A DNA stretch of 64,000 nucleotides from contig CAJXOA010000007.1 in assembly GCA_913057685.1 (NCBI GenBank), forward strand, positions 3,123 through 67,122. The letters are read 5' to 3'. Made by a program: the position numbers and the translations under genes. The notes beneath the pieces were generated by a model. That model saw only the letters and a program-made list of their open reading frames with translations. It did not search any database and was not told the DNA's origin. Shown here one piece after another: positions 18,129 through 29,804 of this stretch. Numbering within the stretch: position 1 is the first letter of the stretch; each line of letters begins with the position of its first letter. This DNA is from an uncultured Trueperaceae bacterium. GTDB taxonomy: Bacteria > Deinococcota > Deinococci > Deinococcales > Trueperaceae.

Positions 18129-19912
18129 GTCGCCACCCCCTCCCGCTCCGCGCGGGCGGCCTCCGCCGCGCGCCGGACCGCCGCGACGGCGGCGACGGCG
18201 TCGTCGCGCGCGTCGTCGATGCGCTCGCTCTCGTCGTCCGGCACCGCCTCCTTGAGCCGCCCGAGGGCGGCGACGTCCACCGCCTCGCGCAGCCGCAGCC
18301 ACGCCACACCGGAGCGGATCGCCTCGAGGCCCGCCTCGTACAGCTCGACGACCAACCGCACCAACCGCACCTGCTTCGCCGGCGCGCACGAGGCGTCGAT
18401 CGGGTGCAACGCGTTCTGGCGCAGCACCCCCTCCTTCAGGAGGTCGGCGAGGAGCAGCGCCCAGCGCTGCCGGTCGGGCAGCGCCTCCGCGCCGACGAGG
18501 CGCACCATCCGCTCCAGCCGGGCGTCCTCCTCGAGGAGGTCCCCCGCGCGCCGGCGCAGGTCGCGCCAATCCACGCCGGTCGCCTCCCGCCACCACGGCG
18601 CGACCGCGTCCTCGTAGAACGAGTAGCTGCCCTGCCAGCGCACCGCCGGGTAGTGCCGGGCGCTGGCCAAGTCCCGGTCGAGGGCCCAGAACGCCCGCGT
18701 GAAGCGTTGCGTGTGCTGCGTCACCGGCTCGGTGAAGTCCCCGCCGGGGGGACTGACCGCCCCGATGAGGGTGACCGACCCTTCCGCCCCCGCGAGGGTG
18801 GTGACGCGCCCCGCCCGCTCGTAGAACGCCGCCAGGCGCGAGGGGAGGTAGGCGGGGTAGCCCTCCTCGGCCGGCATCTCCTCGAGGCGTCCGGCGATCT
18901 CGCGCAACGCCTCCGCCCAGCGGCTGGTCGAGTCCGCCATCAACGCGACGTGATGGCCCATGTCGCGGTACGCCTCGGCCAGGGTGACGCCGGTATAGAT
19001 GCTGGCCTCGCGGGCGGCGACCGGCATGTTGCTGGTGTTCGCCACGAGGATCGTGCGGTCCATCAGCGGCCGACCGGTCCGCGGGTCCTCGAGCTCCGGG
19101 AACTCCCGCAGGACCTGCGCCATCTCGTTCCCCCGCTCGCCGCACCCGACGTACACGATCACGTCGGCGTCCGACCCCTTCGCGAGGCTGTGCTGCAGCA
19201 CGGTCTTGCCGGCCCCGAACGGGCCCGGAAGCGAGGCGCTGCCGCCGCGCGCGATGGGGAAGAAGGTGTCGAGCACCCGCTGGCCGGTGATCATCGGTCG
19301 GTCCGCCTCCAGGCGGGCGGCGAACGGGCGGGGGGTGCGCACCGGCCAGCGCTGCGCGACCGTCACGTCGCGCTCGTCGCCCGCGTCGGTGCGGACCTGC
19401 GCGACGACGTCGTCGTGGCGGACGTCGCCCGCCGGCGCGACGGACGTCACGGTGCCCTTCGCGTCGGGCGGCACCAGGACGGAGAACGTCACCGACGGCG
19501 TCTCCGGGACGGTGCCGACGACCGCGCCGCCGTCCACGGCGTCCCCGACCGCGACGGTGGGGGTGAACGGCCACGCCCGCTCCGCGTCGGTCGACGTCGC
19601 CCCCGGCACCAGGTACGGTCCCGCGTCACCCACCCCGAGCGGACGTTGGATGCCGTCGACCGTCGCCCCGACGATGCCCGGCGCGATCGTGACGGACAAC
19701 GGCGCGCCGGTCCCCTCGACCGGTTCGCCCGGCCGTAGGCCGGCGGTCTCCTCGTAGATCTGCAGCGTCGCGCGGTCCCCGTCGAGGGAGATGACCTCCG
19801 CCGCGAGGTGGGCGTCCCCGACGAACACCGCCTCCATCACGCCCACCGGCGCCTCCAACGCCACCTCGGCGATGGGGCCGGTGATGCGCCGGAGTCGCCC
19901 CACCCGCGTCAC
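18125..19912 (-). CDS. atpA: V-type ATP synthase catalytic subunit A
   Basis: Walker [10 protein letters not shown], plus [12 protein letters not shown] and [16 protein letters not shown]. The N-terminal non-homologous region is typical of A subunits. GTGA overlap with the E stop. Confidence 0.9.
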   Translation of the reverse strand: MTRVGRLRRITGPIAEVALEAPVGVMEAVFVGDAHLAAEVISLDGDRATLQIYEETAGLRPGEPVEGTGAPLSVTIAPGIVGATVDGIQRPLGVGDAGPYLVPGATSTDAERAWPFTPTVAVGDAVDGGAVVGTVPETPSVTFSVLVPPDAKGTVTSVAPAGDVRHDDVVAQVRTDAGDERDVTVAQRWPVRTPRPFAARLEADRPMITGQRVLDTFFPIARGGSASLPGPFGAGKTVLQHSLAKGSDADVIVYVGCGERGNEMAQVLREFPELEDPRTGRPLMDRTILVANTSNMPVAAREASIYTGVTLAEAYRDMGHHVALMADSTSRWAEALREIAGRLEEMPAEEGYPAYLPSRLAAFYERAGRVTTLAGAEGSVTLIGAVSPPGGDFTEPVTQHTQRFTRAFWALDRDLASARHYPAVRWQGSYSFYEDAVAPWWREATGVDWRDLRRRAGDLLEEDARLERMVRLVGAEALPDRQRWALLLADLLKEGVLRQNALHPIDASCAPAKQVRLVRLVVELYEAGLEAIRSGVAWLRLREAVDVAALGRLKEAVPDDESERIDDARDDAVAAVAAVRRAAEAARAEREGVAT

Positions 19913-20568
19913 GCGCCCGCCTCCGCGTCCGCACCGTCGTGGAGGCGGGCGTCGACGTCGGCGCGCAGCCGCACGCGCGCCCGCTCGAGGCGCCCCTCGA
20001 GCGTCCCGTCGACGCGGGCGCGCCCCTGCCGCACGATCGGCCCGTGCGCGGCGTCCAGCGTCGCGTCGGCCAGCGCGAAGCGGTGCGCGCCGTCGCTCCA
20101 CCCGCCGACGTCCGCCTCCGCGACGAGGCGCGCGCGGCTGGCGGCGTCCAGCACGACCTCGACCGGGCCGGGGGGCAGCGAGGTGGCGGCGTCGGTCGCG
20201 AGGCGCCGCAACGTCGCGACGTCCAGCCCGTCCGCGCCGCGCGCCGCGAGCGCGGCGGCGGCGTCGTCGAACACCGCCCGGATGCGGGCGTCGCGCGCCT
20301 CCAGGCGGGCGTCCCGCCGTTCGCGTTCGGCGTCGGCGAGGCAGCGCCGGCAGGCGGCCTCCGCCGCGCGTTCGCCGCGCGCGCGGATCTCCGCCGCCCG
20401 CCGCTCCGCCTCCTCGGCCGCCTCCTCGAGGCGGCGTTCGGCGGCGGCGTCGGCCTCGGTGCGGCGCGCGAGCGCGCGCTGCTCGGCGCGCCGGCGGACG
20501 CCGGCGAGGAGGTCCTCGAGGTCGCCGTACAGCCCGTCCCTCGGGCCGCCGGTGGGTGCGTCGTTCAC
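19909..20568 (-). CDS. atpE: V-type ATP synthase subunit E (peripheral stalk)
   Basis: 219 aa. Long charged N-terminal helix (AERRLEEAAEEAERRAAEIRARGERAAE) followed by a globular C-terminus. Operon position; GTGA overlap with the F stop. Confidence 0.7.
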   Translation of the reverse strand: MNDAPTGGPRDGLYGDLEDLLAGVRRRAEQRALARRTEADAAAERRLEEAAEEAERRAAEIRARGERAAEAACRRCLADAERERRDARLEARDARIRAVFDDAAAALAARGADGLDVATLRRLATDAATSLPPGPVEVVLDAASRARLVAEADVGGWSDGAHRFALADATLDAAHGPIVRQGRARVDGTLEGRLERARVRLRADVDARLHDGADAEAGA

Positions 20569-20897
20569 GGCGTCGCCTCCGTCCGGTCGGCGGCCTCCTC
20601 GAGGCCGAACCCCAGCAGCGCCTCGACGCGCTCGAGCAGCGTCGCGTCCGCCCCACCGCCCCCCGGGTCGGGGATCTCGACGACGAGGGCGCCGCCCTCG
20701 TCGGTCTCCCGGCGGTCGCTCCAGACGTCCCGCCACCGTTCGCTCAGCAGCACCAGCGCGACGTCGGCGCGGGCCCGCGCCGCGTCGAGGGCGGCGCGCG
20801 CCTCCGCGCCGTCGCGCACGACCGCACCGTCGATCCCGACGAGCGCGAGGCCCTCGACGGTGTCGGCGGGACCGACGACGTAGCAGCGTCCCCGCAT
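20565..20897 (-). CDS. atpF: V-type ATP synthase subunit F
   Basis: 110 aa. VVGPADTVEGLALVGID...VALVLLSE is the ATP-synt_F pattern. Confidence 0.8.
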   Translation of the reverse strand: MRGRCYVVGPADTVEGLALVGIDGAVVRDGAEARAALDAARARADVALVLLSERWRDVWSDRRETDEGGALVVEIPDPGGGGADATLLERVEALLGFGLEEAADRTEATP

Positions 20898-20900
20898 CGC

Positions 20901-21215
20901 TCAACCCCCCAGGATGATGAAGGACACGATGAGGCCGTAGATGGCGATGCCTTCGGCGAGGCCGACGAAGATCAACGTCCGCCCCACCAACTCCGGTTTC
21001 TCGGCGATCGCGCCGATCGCGGCGGCGCCGGCGATGCCGACGGCGATCCCCGCCCCGATCGCGGCGAGGCCGGTCGAGAGGGCGGCGGCCATCGGTGCGC
21101 CGACGAGGGCGGCGTCCCCCTGCGCGACGGCGGTCCCGAACCACGGGGCCGCCAGGACCCCCCAGCGGCGAAGGGGGCGGAGCGGGCGGGGGGCGTGCGG
21201 GGCGGCGTCAATCAT
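20901..21215 (-). CDS. atpK: V-type ATP synthase proteolipid subunit K (c-ring)
   Basis: 104 aa. Two-helix hairpin with a Gly-rich helix (GLAAIGAGIAVGIAGAAAIGA) and the carboxylate helix FVGLAEGIAIYGLIVSF. GGAGG lies 5 nt upstream of the ATG. Confidence 0.85.
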   Translation of the reverse strand: MIDAAPHAPRPLRPLRRWGVLAAPWFGTAVAQGDAALVGAPMAAALSTGLAAIGAGIAVGIAGAAAIGAIAEKPELVGRTLIFVGLAEGIAIYGLIVSFIILGG

Positions 21216-23121
21216 GGGGGCCTCCTGCGAAAGCGAGGGGACGGAAGCGGACGCCCCGCCCCCCGAAGAAACGACCGAAGAACTCGTAGTACGACAGGCG
21301 CAACGCCTGGATCGCGACGATCAACCCCTCGAAGCCCACGATCAACGTCGTGCCGAGGAGCAGGACCGCCCACCCCGACGGCCCCTGGCCGTAGGACAGG
21401 ACCATCTGCGAAAGGCCTTCGTGCGCGACGGCGAAGGCGCCCATGCGGACGAACGACAGGCTGTTGGAGACGTTCCCGATCGTCGTTTCGAACAGCTCGA
21501 AGAAGCCGGGCACCAGGTGCTCGCCCCAGCGTGGGGGGACCCCGGCGAGGACCGCCTCCAGCGGTTCGCGGAGCATCACCGCCGCCGCCAGGGGCAGCGC
21601 GACCGCCGCCCACGCCGCGCCGGGCAGGGCCCCCAGGAACGTCGCCGCCCCGCCGCCCAGCAACGCCCAGTAGAAGGCGACGTCCAGCACGCCGTACTTC
21701 CCGATCCAGAAGCGGACGCGTGCGCCCGCCCGCCAGGTCGTCACGAGGTTCAACACCATCGCCGCGTTCACGATCGCCACGCCGGCCAGGACCGCGGCGA
21801 TGAGGATCTCGAAGATCGCGTGCAGCGGCTGCAGCCACGGGGCGGGGAACACCTCCGCGCCGAACGCGACGCCGTACGCCGCCCCGAACGCCATCGCCGC
21901 CCCCCCGGCGGCCGCCACCACGACCCCGAGGCGCACGCCCCGCAGCGCCAGGACCCCCCCGATCGCGGCGAGGATCGCGCCGTGCCCGAGGTCGCCGAAC
22001 ATCATCCCGAACGTGAACAGGAACACCGCCGTCACGAGGACGGTGGGGTGCAGCTCGCGGTACTCGGTCGTGCCGAACGTGTCGACCAACGTCTCGAACG
22101 GCCGCAACCACCGTGGGGTCCGCACGAGCGTCGGGACCGCCCGCGGGGGCGCCCCCGGCGCCCCGCCGCCCGCCGGGAGGGCCTCGACGACCAGCGGCCG
22201 GGTGGCGACGGCGTGCAGGTCCGCTTCGACGGCCGCGCGGCGGGCGTCGCTCAGCCACCCGCCGACGACGTACACGCCGTCGCGGAAGGGGAAGCGACGG
22301 ATCGCGTCGCACAGCTGTACGTGCGTCGCGATGCGCGCCCGGGTGCGGGTGGCGAGGTCGGCCAGCTCCTCGCGGAGCGCCTCCCCGTCCGCCCGGATGG
22401 CGGCCAGGCGCTCGCGCGCGTCGGCGAGGGAGGCGTCGAGCGCCCGCTTCGCGGCGTCCGGCGCGCCGGACGCCTCCGGGGGGAGCGGGGCGGGGTCGAA
22501 GAACGCCGCCCGCAACGCCCGGTCGAGGACGTGCCCGTCCTCGCGCGCCGTCGCGGCGGCGACCAGCGTCGAGGTGACGCCGCGCTCGAGCGGGATCAGG
22601 ACGAAGGGGACCTGGAACAGGGCGGCGGCGACCCGCTCGACGTTCTCGCTGGGTAGCGACCCGATCGCCAGGTGGTGGTGCTCCAGGTCGCGCAACGCCT
22701 CGACCGGCGTCCCCAGCGGCGCGAGGAGGGCGACGCGCTCGCGCGCCTCCTCGAGCTCCGCGACGCGCGCCTCCGCGGCGGCGAGGTCGTCCCGCCACCC
22801 GCCGGTCCGCGTTTCGAGGCGGAGGACGTCGCTCTCGAGCGCCGGACGTTCGCGTTCGGGCCGGAGCGGGGCGTCGCCCCCGTCGCGCAGCGGTGCGTCG
22901 GCGAGCCCCAACGTCCGCGCGACGGCGTCGGCGCGGTCGCGGAGGGCGCGGTAGGCCTCGGCGTGGTCGGCCCACGCCGGGTTCGGCGTCCACCGTTCGG
23001 TCTCGCTCACGTCGAGGTGCAGCGCGGCGGCGCGCATCAGGGCGGCGGTGACCGGCGCGACGTCGTCCTCGGCGACGAAGACGCTGACGTGGGCGAGCGG
23101 TTCGGGGGTCAGGAAGCTCAC
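21208..23121 (-). CDS. atpI: V-type ATP synthase subunit I (stator a-like)
   Basis: 637 aa. Soluble N-terminal half, multi-TM C-terminal half, and the conserved IQALRLSYYEFFGRFF motif with its essential Arg. GTGA overlap with the C stop. Confidence 0.85.
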   Translation of the reverse strand: MSFLTPEPLAHVSVFVAEDDVAPVTAALMRAAALHLDVSETERWTPNPAWADHAEAYRALRDRADAVARTLGLADAPLRDGGDAPLRPERERPALESDVLRLETRTGGWRDDLAAAEARVAELEEARERVALLAPLGTPVEALRDLEHHHLAIGSLPSENVERVAAALFQVPFVLIPLERGVTSTLVAAATAREDGHVLDRALRAAFFDPAPLPPEASGAPDAAKRALDASLADARERLAAIRADGEALREELADLATRTRARIATHVQLCDAIRRFPFRDGVYVVGGWLSDARRAAVEADLHAVATRPLVVEALPAGGGAPGAPPRAVPTLVRTPRWLRPFETLVDTFGTTEYRELHPTVLVTAVFLFTFGMMFGDLGHGAILAAIGGVLALRGVRLGVVVAAAGGAAMAFGAAYGVAFGAEVFPAPWLQPLHAIFEILIAAVLAGVAIVNAAMVLNLVTTWRAGARVRFWIGKYGVLDVAFYWALLGGGAATFLGALPGAAWAAVALPLAAAVMLREPLEAVLAGVPPRWGEHLVPGFFELFETTIGNVSNSLSFVRMGAFAVAHEGLSQMVLSYGQGPSGWAVLLLGTTLIVGFEGLIVAIQALRLSYYEFFGRFFGGRGVRFRPLAFAGGPHD

Positions 23122-24197
23122 GCGGCCACCTCCTCGGCGGCGGAGTCGGAATCGAAGCGGGCGGCGAGGTGCGCGCGCAGGGCGTCGCGCCCGAGGTCCG
23201 CGGCGTGCCCCTCGAGGAGGGTGACGAGGTCGTCCGCTTCGGCGTCCAGGCGCGTCAGGTACGCCAGCGGCAATCCCACGCCGAACGGGGCGCCGGACGT
23301 CCGGGTGCGGGCGTCCCGGCGGCGCGCGACGTCGGCGTGGTGCTCGAAGGCGCGGATCGCCGCTTCGCCGCGCAGGTCGGGGGGGACGTCCTCGAGCCCG
23401 ACGGCGGCCGCTTCGGCGACGAGGGGACCGCCGGCGGCGATGCGTTGCACGGCGGCCCGCCCGCCGCCGGCGATGCGGTGCAGCGTGAAGGCGACGATCC
23501 GCTCGGGGCGGACCCCCATCAGGTCGCGGTAGCGCGCGGCGGCCAGCAGGTTGCGGCGCGCCAGGGGGCGTTCGACGAGGCGGGCGGCGTCGCCCGCGTC
23601 CCGCCCCCGGAGCGCCGCGACGCGGGCGACGAGGTCGCGCCCGTGCGCCAGCTCGAGGGCGACCTCGAGGTAGAACGCGCGCCCCTCGGCCTGGTAGCGC
23701 GGGTACGCCCGCGCGAGGGCGGCGCCGTAGCGGCCCTCCTGCGCGGCGGCGACGAGGTCGGCGACCGTGCGGGCGGCGCGCCAGCGGGCGACCTCCGGGG
23801 TCGTGGCGGGATCGAGGATCGAGGCGGCGTCGGCGTCGGCGGCGGGGCGCCCGTGGTGCAGCGCCCGGATCCACGTCGTCAGGTCCCGCACGAGGGTGCG
23901 GGCGGCGGACGCCCGCAGCAGCTCCGCGGCGCGGTGCGGCACGTCGTCGGCGAGCTCGAGCGTCTCGCGGTGGACCCGCCGGCGAATGCCGCGCAGGGCG
24001 TGCTGCACGACGCCGTCGGGGGTCGCGTCGGCGGGGGGGACGGTGGCCTCCGCCCACGGCGTACGCGCGAGCGCGTCGAGGGCGCGGGCGGCGTCGCGTG
24101 CGTCGATCAGTCGCCCCCAGTCGGCCGGCGTCAGCAGGCGCGAGGTGCGGGCGCGGACCTTCGCCTGGACCGACGCGTACGCGGCGGCGGCGAACAT
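23118..24197 (-). CDS. atpC: V-type ATP synthase subunit C (V0 d-like)
   Basis: 359 aa, all-helical; operon position between the G-like and I genes. Confidence 0.7.
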   Translation of the reverse strand: MFAAAAYASVQAKVRARTSRLLTPADWGRLIDARDAARALDALARTPWAEATVPPADATPDGVVQHALRGIRRRVHRETLELADDVPHRAAELLRASAARTLVRDLTTWIRALHHGRPAADADAASILDPATTPEVARWRAARTVADLVAAAQEGRYGAALARAYPRYQAEGRAFYLEVALELAHGRDLVARVAALRGRDAGDAARLVERPLARRNLLAAARYRDLMGVRPERIVAFTLHRIAGGGRAAVQRIAAGGPLVAEAAAVGLEDVPPDLRGEAAIRAFEHHADVARRRDARTRTSGAPFGVGLPLAYLTRLDAEADDLVTLLEGHAADLGRDALRAHLAARFDSDSAAEEVAA

Positions 24198-24198
24198 C

Positions 24199-24588
24199 TC
24201 ACGCCCCGGCTTCCGGGGTGGGGGACGCGGGGTCGCCTGGGTCCGCGTCGGTCCCGCCGTCGCCGAGCACCCAGGCGACGACGTGCGCGACGGCGTCGTC
24301 GTGACGCGCCGCGGCGCGGTCGGCGGTGGCGGCGAGCTCGTGCGCGAGGGCGTCGGCGGCCGCGGCGCGCTCCGCTTCGCCGCGCGCGAGCGCGGCGTCG
24401 TGCAGCGCGCGGGCGTCGCGCTCGGCGGCCTCGACCGCCGCCTCGATGCGGCGTTCCGCCTCGCGGTCGGCGGCGTCGAGCCGTTCGCGGCGCTCGTCGT
24501 CGGCCGCCGCGACCCGGTCGCGGACCGCCTGCTCGTTCTCGAGGAGGCGACGGAGGGCGTCGCGCGCAGCGGCCGACCGGGGGGCCAT
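24199..24588 (-). CDS. V-type ATPase subunit G/H-like peripheral-stalk protein
   Basis: 129 aa, charged coiled coil (RRERLDAADREAERRIEAAVEAAERDA). It is the first gene of the operon. ATG at 24588 was verified. Confidence 0.55.
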   Translation of the reverse strand: MAPRSAAARDALRRLLENEQAVRDRVAAADDERRERLDAADREAERRIEAAVEAAERDARALHDAALARGEAERAAAADALAHELAATADRAAARHDDAVAHVVAWVLGDGGTDADPGDPASPTPEAGA

Positions 24589-24799
24589 GGGGAACGCTAA
24601 GCAGGCCGGCCCGAGGCCGGGGAGGGGCGAACGTCCCGCCCGCGGCGCGCGCGGCGCGGGGGCGTGGCGCGCGGCGCGGCGGGGGACGCGGGGGTGGACC
24701 GAACCATGCCTCCAGCCTGCCCCGCCGTCCCGCGGCGGGGGGTACCGATGCACCGAGCGCACCGACGCCCGGTGCTGCAATGCCCGGTAGGAGGTCGTC

Positions 24800-27204
24800 A
24801 TGCCCGACGCACCGACGTACGTCCGACCGTTCGCCACCCTCGACGCCGACGACGTCGCCATCGTCGGCGGGAAGAACGCCTCGTTGGGGGAGATGATCCG
24901 CCACCTCGCGGCGGAGGGCGTCGCGGTGCCCGACGGCTTCGCGACGACCGCCGACGCCTACCGCGACCTGCTCGACGCCGCCGACCTCACGCCGGTCCTC
25001 ACCCGCGAACTGGACGCCCTCCACGAGGGGCGCAAAGCCCTGCACGAGGTCGGCGAGGCGATCCGCCGCGCGATCCTGCACGCGACGTGGCCCGACGCCG
25101 TCGCGGACGCCATCCGCGACGCCTACCGGACCCTCGGGGAGGGGGCGGGGGAGGCGCCGCTCGCCGTCGCGGTGCGCTCGAGCGCGACGGCGGAGGACCT
25201 GCCCGACGCCAGCTTCGCCGGCCAACAGGAGACGTTCCTGAACGTCCGGGGGGAGGGGGCGCTGCTCGACGCCTGCCTGCGCTGCGTCGCGTCGTTGTTC
25301 ACCGACCGGGCGATCGCCTACCGCGAGGCGCAGGGCTTCGACCACCTCGAGGTGGCGTTGTCGGTCGGGGTGCAGCGCATGGTCCGCAGCGACCTGGCGG
25401 GCTCCGGCACGATGTTCACGCTCGATACCGAAACCGGCTTCCCCGACGTCGTGATGATCGACGCCGCCTGGGGGTTGGGGGAGACGGTCGTGCAGGGCCT
25501 CGTCGATCCCGACGCGTACGAGGTCTTCACGCCGCTCCTGGACGACGCGACGAAGGCGCCGATCATCGGCCATCGGATCGGCGCGAAGGAACGCAAGATG
25601 GTCTACCGCACCGGCGGGACGGCGTCCACGAAGTTGGTGGACACGACCGACGCGGAACGCCGCGCCGCGGTGCTGGACGACGACGAGATCCTCCGTCTCG
25701 CGCGCTGGGCGGCGCGCGTCGAGGCGCACTACGGCCGCGGGATGGACCTCGAGTGGGCGAAGGACGGCCGGACGGGGGAGCTGTTCATCCTGCAGGCGCG
25801 CCCCGAAACGGTGCAGTCGCGCCGCGCCGCCGCGACGATGAAGACGTACCGCTTGCGCGAGTCCGGCGGGGAGCCGCTCGTCTCCGGCCTCGCGATCGGC
25901 GAGGCGATCGCGACCGGCCCGGTGCAGGTCATCGAACGCGCCGATGCGATTCAGTCGTTCGAGGACGGCGCCATCCTCGTGACCGGCATGACCGATCCCG
26001 ATTGGGTGCCGATCATGAAGCGCGCGTCGGCGATCGTGACCGACCACGGCGGCCGCACCTGCCACGCGGCGATCGTCGCGCGCGAGCTCGGCATCCCCGC
26101 GATCGCGGGGACGGGCGACGCGACGCACGCCCTGGAGGACGGGCGGACGGTGACGGTCTCCTGCGCCGAGGGCGAACGCGGGTACGTCTACGACGGGGCG
26201 AAGGCGTACGACACCGAGGACGTCGACCTGGACGCGTTGCCCGAACCGCCGACGACGTTGATGATGAACGCCGCCGACCCCGCCGTCGCGATGCGGTGGT
26301 GGCGGCTCCCGGTGCACGGCATCGGCTTGGCGCGCATGGAGTTCCTCGTCAACGCCGAGATCGGCGTCCACCCGATGGCGCTCGTGCGCTACGACGCGCT
26401 GCCCGCAGGCCCCGAGAAGGACCGCATCGCCGAACGCACCCGCGGGTACGACGACAAGCCCCGCTACTTCGTCGAGCACCTCGCGCGCGGCCTCGCGAAG
26501 ATCGCCGCGTCGCGCTGGCCCGACCCGGTGCTGGTCCGCACGAGCGACTTCAAGACGAACGAGTACGCCGACCTGCTGGGCGGCGCGGCGTTCGAGCCCG
26601 AGGAGGCCAACCCGATGATCGGCTTCCGGGGGGCGGCGCGCTACGCGAGCGACGCCTACCGCGAGGCGTTCGCGCTGGAGTGCGCCGCGCTCCGCGAGGT
26701 CCGCACCACGATGGGGTTCGACAACGTCGTCGTGATGATCCCCTTCTGCCGCACGGTGCAGGAGGCCGACCGCGTCCTCGAGGTGATGGCGGAGCACGGC
26801 CTGCGGCGGGGGGAGGACGGCCTCGAGGTGTACGTCATGGCGGAGATCCCCGCGAACGTCTTCGAGGCGCGCGCCTTCGCCGAGCGCTTCGACGGCTTCT
26901 CGATCGGCAGCAACGACCTCACCCAGTTGGTGCTCGGCGTCGACCGCGACAGCGACCTGCTGGCCGGCGCCTTCGACGAGCGCGACCCGGCGGTGAAGGG
27001 TGCGATCCGGACGTTGATCGAGGAGGCGCACGCCGCCGGCGTCAAGGTCGGCATCTGCGGGCAGGCGCCCAGCGACCACCCGGACTTCGCGGCGTTCCTC
27101 GTCGACGCCGGCATCGACTCGATCTCGTTGAACCCCGACAGCGTCGTCGGCGTGATCCGCCGCCTCGCGGGGGAGGGCGCGGAGGCGCGGGGTACCGTGC
27201 CGAC

Positions 27205-27208
<4 letters not shown>
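24800..27208 (+). CDS. ppsA: phosphoenolpyruvate synthase
   Basis: 802 aa. Motifs VGGKNASLGEM, VAVRSSATAEDLPDASFAGQQETFLNV, the phospho-His loop TDHGGRTCHAAIVARELGIPA, and GFSIGSNDLTQL. Confidence 0.92.
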
Positions 27209-28233
<1,025 letters not shown>

Positions 28234-28236
28234 CGC

Positions 28237-28262
28237 CCGCCCCGCCGGCGCGCGCGGGGCGG
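28237..28262 (+). terminator. GC-rich hairpin (9-bp stem CCGCCCCGC/GCGGGGCGG, 8-nt loop) after the aldo/keto reductase gene
   Basis: Inverted repeat read from the sequence. No T-tract follows. Confidence 0.3.
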
Positions 28263-28285
28263 ACGCCCTCCGGTAGGCTGCCGCC

Positions 28286-29269
28286 ATGACGCACACGCCG
28301 GGTCCCCTCGCTCGTTACCTGCGCCGGCACTACCGCCACTTCAACGCCGCCACCGTCCTCGACGCGACCGACGCGTACGCCGACCACCTGGCGGGGGGCG
28401 GCGCGATGATGGTGACCCTCGCGGGCGCCATGAGCACCGCGGAGCTCGGCGCGTCGCTCGCCGAGATGATCCGCCGCGACAAGGTGCACGCCATCAGCAC
28501 GACCGGCGCGAACCTCGAGGAGGACGTGTTCCTCTACCTCGCCCGCTCGCACTACGAGCGCCTCCCGCACTACCGCGACCTCACCCCCGCCGACGAGGCG
28601 GCGTTGGCGGCGCGCGGCCGCAACCGCGTGACCGACACCGCCATCCCCGAGGGCGAAGCGATGCGCCGCCTCGAGGGGGCGCTCCTGGAGGCCTGGCGCG
28701 ACCTGGAGGCGCGCGGCGAACGGCGCTTCCCGCACGAGGTGCTCTACGACCTGCTGCGTTCGGGGGCGCTCGCCCCCGACCCCGCGGCGGACCCGCGCGA
28801 ATCGTGGCTGCTGGCGGCGGCGGAGCGCGACCTCCCGATCGTGACGCCCGGTTGGGAGGACTCGACGACGGGGAACATGTTCGCGGCGCACCTGATGGCG
28901 GGCGACCTGCGCGACCCGCACGTCGTACGCGGCGGCATCGAGGCGATGACGTTCCTCGCCGACTGGTACCGCACGACGTCGGCGGAGCGGGCGGTGGGGC
29001 TGTTCCAGATCGGCGGCGGCATCGCCGGCGACTTCCCGATCTGCGTCGTCCCGATGCTGCACCAGGACCTCGGCCTGCACGACGTACGTCCGTGGGCGTA
29101 CTTCTGCCAGATCTCCGACGCGACGACCAGCTACGGGTCCTACTCGGGGGCGGTGCCCAACGAGAAGATCACGTGGGGGAAGGTCACGCCCGACACGCCG
29201 CGCTTCGTGATCGAGTCCGACGCGACGATCGTCGCGCCGCTCGTGTTCGGGGCGTTGCTGGGCGACTGA
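28286..29269 (+). CDS. deoxyhypusine synthase family protein (bacterial DHS-like / homospermidine-synthase-like)
   Basis: 327 aa. Motifs TLAGAMSTAELG, ISTTGANLEEDVF, GWEDSTTGN, FQIGGGIAGDF and DATTSYGSYSGA..NEKITWGK match the DHS fold pattern. Confidence 0.75.
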   Translation: MTHTPGPLARYLRRHYRHFNAATVLDATDAYADHLAGGGAMMVTLAGAMSTAELGASLAEMIRRDKVHAISTTGANLEEDVFLYLARSHYERLPHYRDLTPADEAALAARGRNRVTDTAIPEGEAMRRLEGALLEAWRDLEARGERRFPHEVLYDLLRSGALAPDPAADPRESWLLAAAERDLPIVTPGWEDSTTGNMFAAHLMAGDLRDPHVVRGGIEAMTFLADWYRTTSAERAVGLFQIGGGIAGDFPICVVPMLHQDLGLHDVRPWAYFCQISDATTSYGSYSGAVPNEKITWGKVTPDTPRFVIESDATIVAPLVFGALLGD

Positions 29270-29275
29270 GGCGAC

Positions 29276-29773
29276 TCAGGGCGCGTACGTCACGGCGTCG
29301 ATCCGCACGCGGCGGGGCGCCCCGCCGACCTCGGCGGTGGCGACGTCGCCCACCCGCAACCCGAGGACCGCCGCGGCGAGCGGCGCGGTGAACGCGATCC
29401 GGCCCTCCAGCGGGTCGGCCTCGTCGACGCCGGTGATGCGGACGGTGAGGGGGCCGTCGTCCTGCACGAGCGTCACCGTCGCGCCGACCCGGACGACGTC
29501 GTCGGGTGGGTCGGGGGGTGCGACGACGACGGCGCAGGCGCGGCGCGCCTCGACCTCCGCGAGCTCCTCGCGGACGACCGCGAGGCGCTGCGGCGCGTCC
29601 CCCGTCGCGTCGGCGAGGAGGGCGTCCATCTCCGTGCGGAGCGCCGCCTCCTCCGCCTCGAGGGCGGCGAGGCCGGCGGGCGTCACCAGGTTCTCGGCGT
29701 GCTCGGGGAGCGGCGGCCGGGCGGGTACGAGGACCCGGCCCGGCGCGTCGTCCTTGACGAAGGCGCGGCTCAT
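29276..29773 (-). CDS. GreA/GreB-family transcript-cleavage-factor-like protein
   Basis: 165 aa. N-terminal coiled coil (LTPAGLAALEAEEAALRTEMD) and a C-terminal FKBP-like domain (VRVGATVTL..., ISFTAPLAAAVLGLRVGD). Confidence 0.7.
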   Translation of the reverse strand: MSRAFVKDDAPGRVLVPARPPLPEHAENLVTPAGLAALEAEEAALRTEMDALLADATGDAPQRLAVVREELAEVEARRACAVVVAPPDPPDDVVRVGATVTLVQDDGPLTVRITGVDEADPLEGRIAFTAPLAAAVLGLRVGDVATAEVGGAPRRVRIDAVTYAP

Positions 29774-29804
29774 ACGGCCGTTCTACCGCGCCGCGCGCGT
29801 CGGC

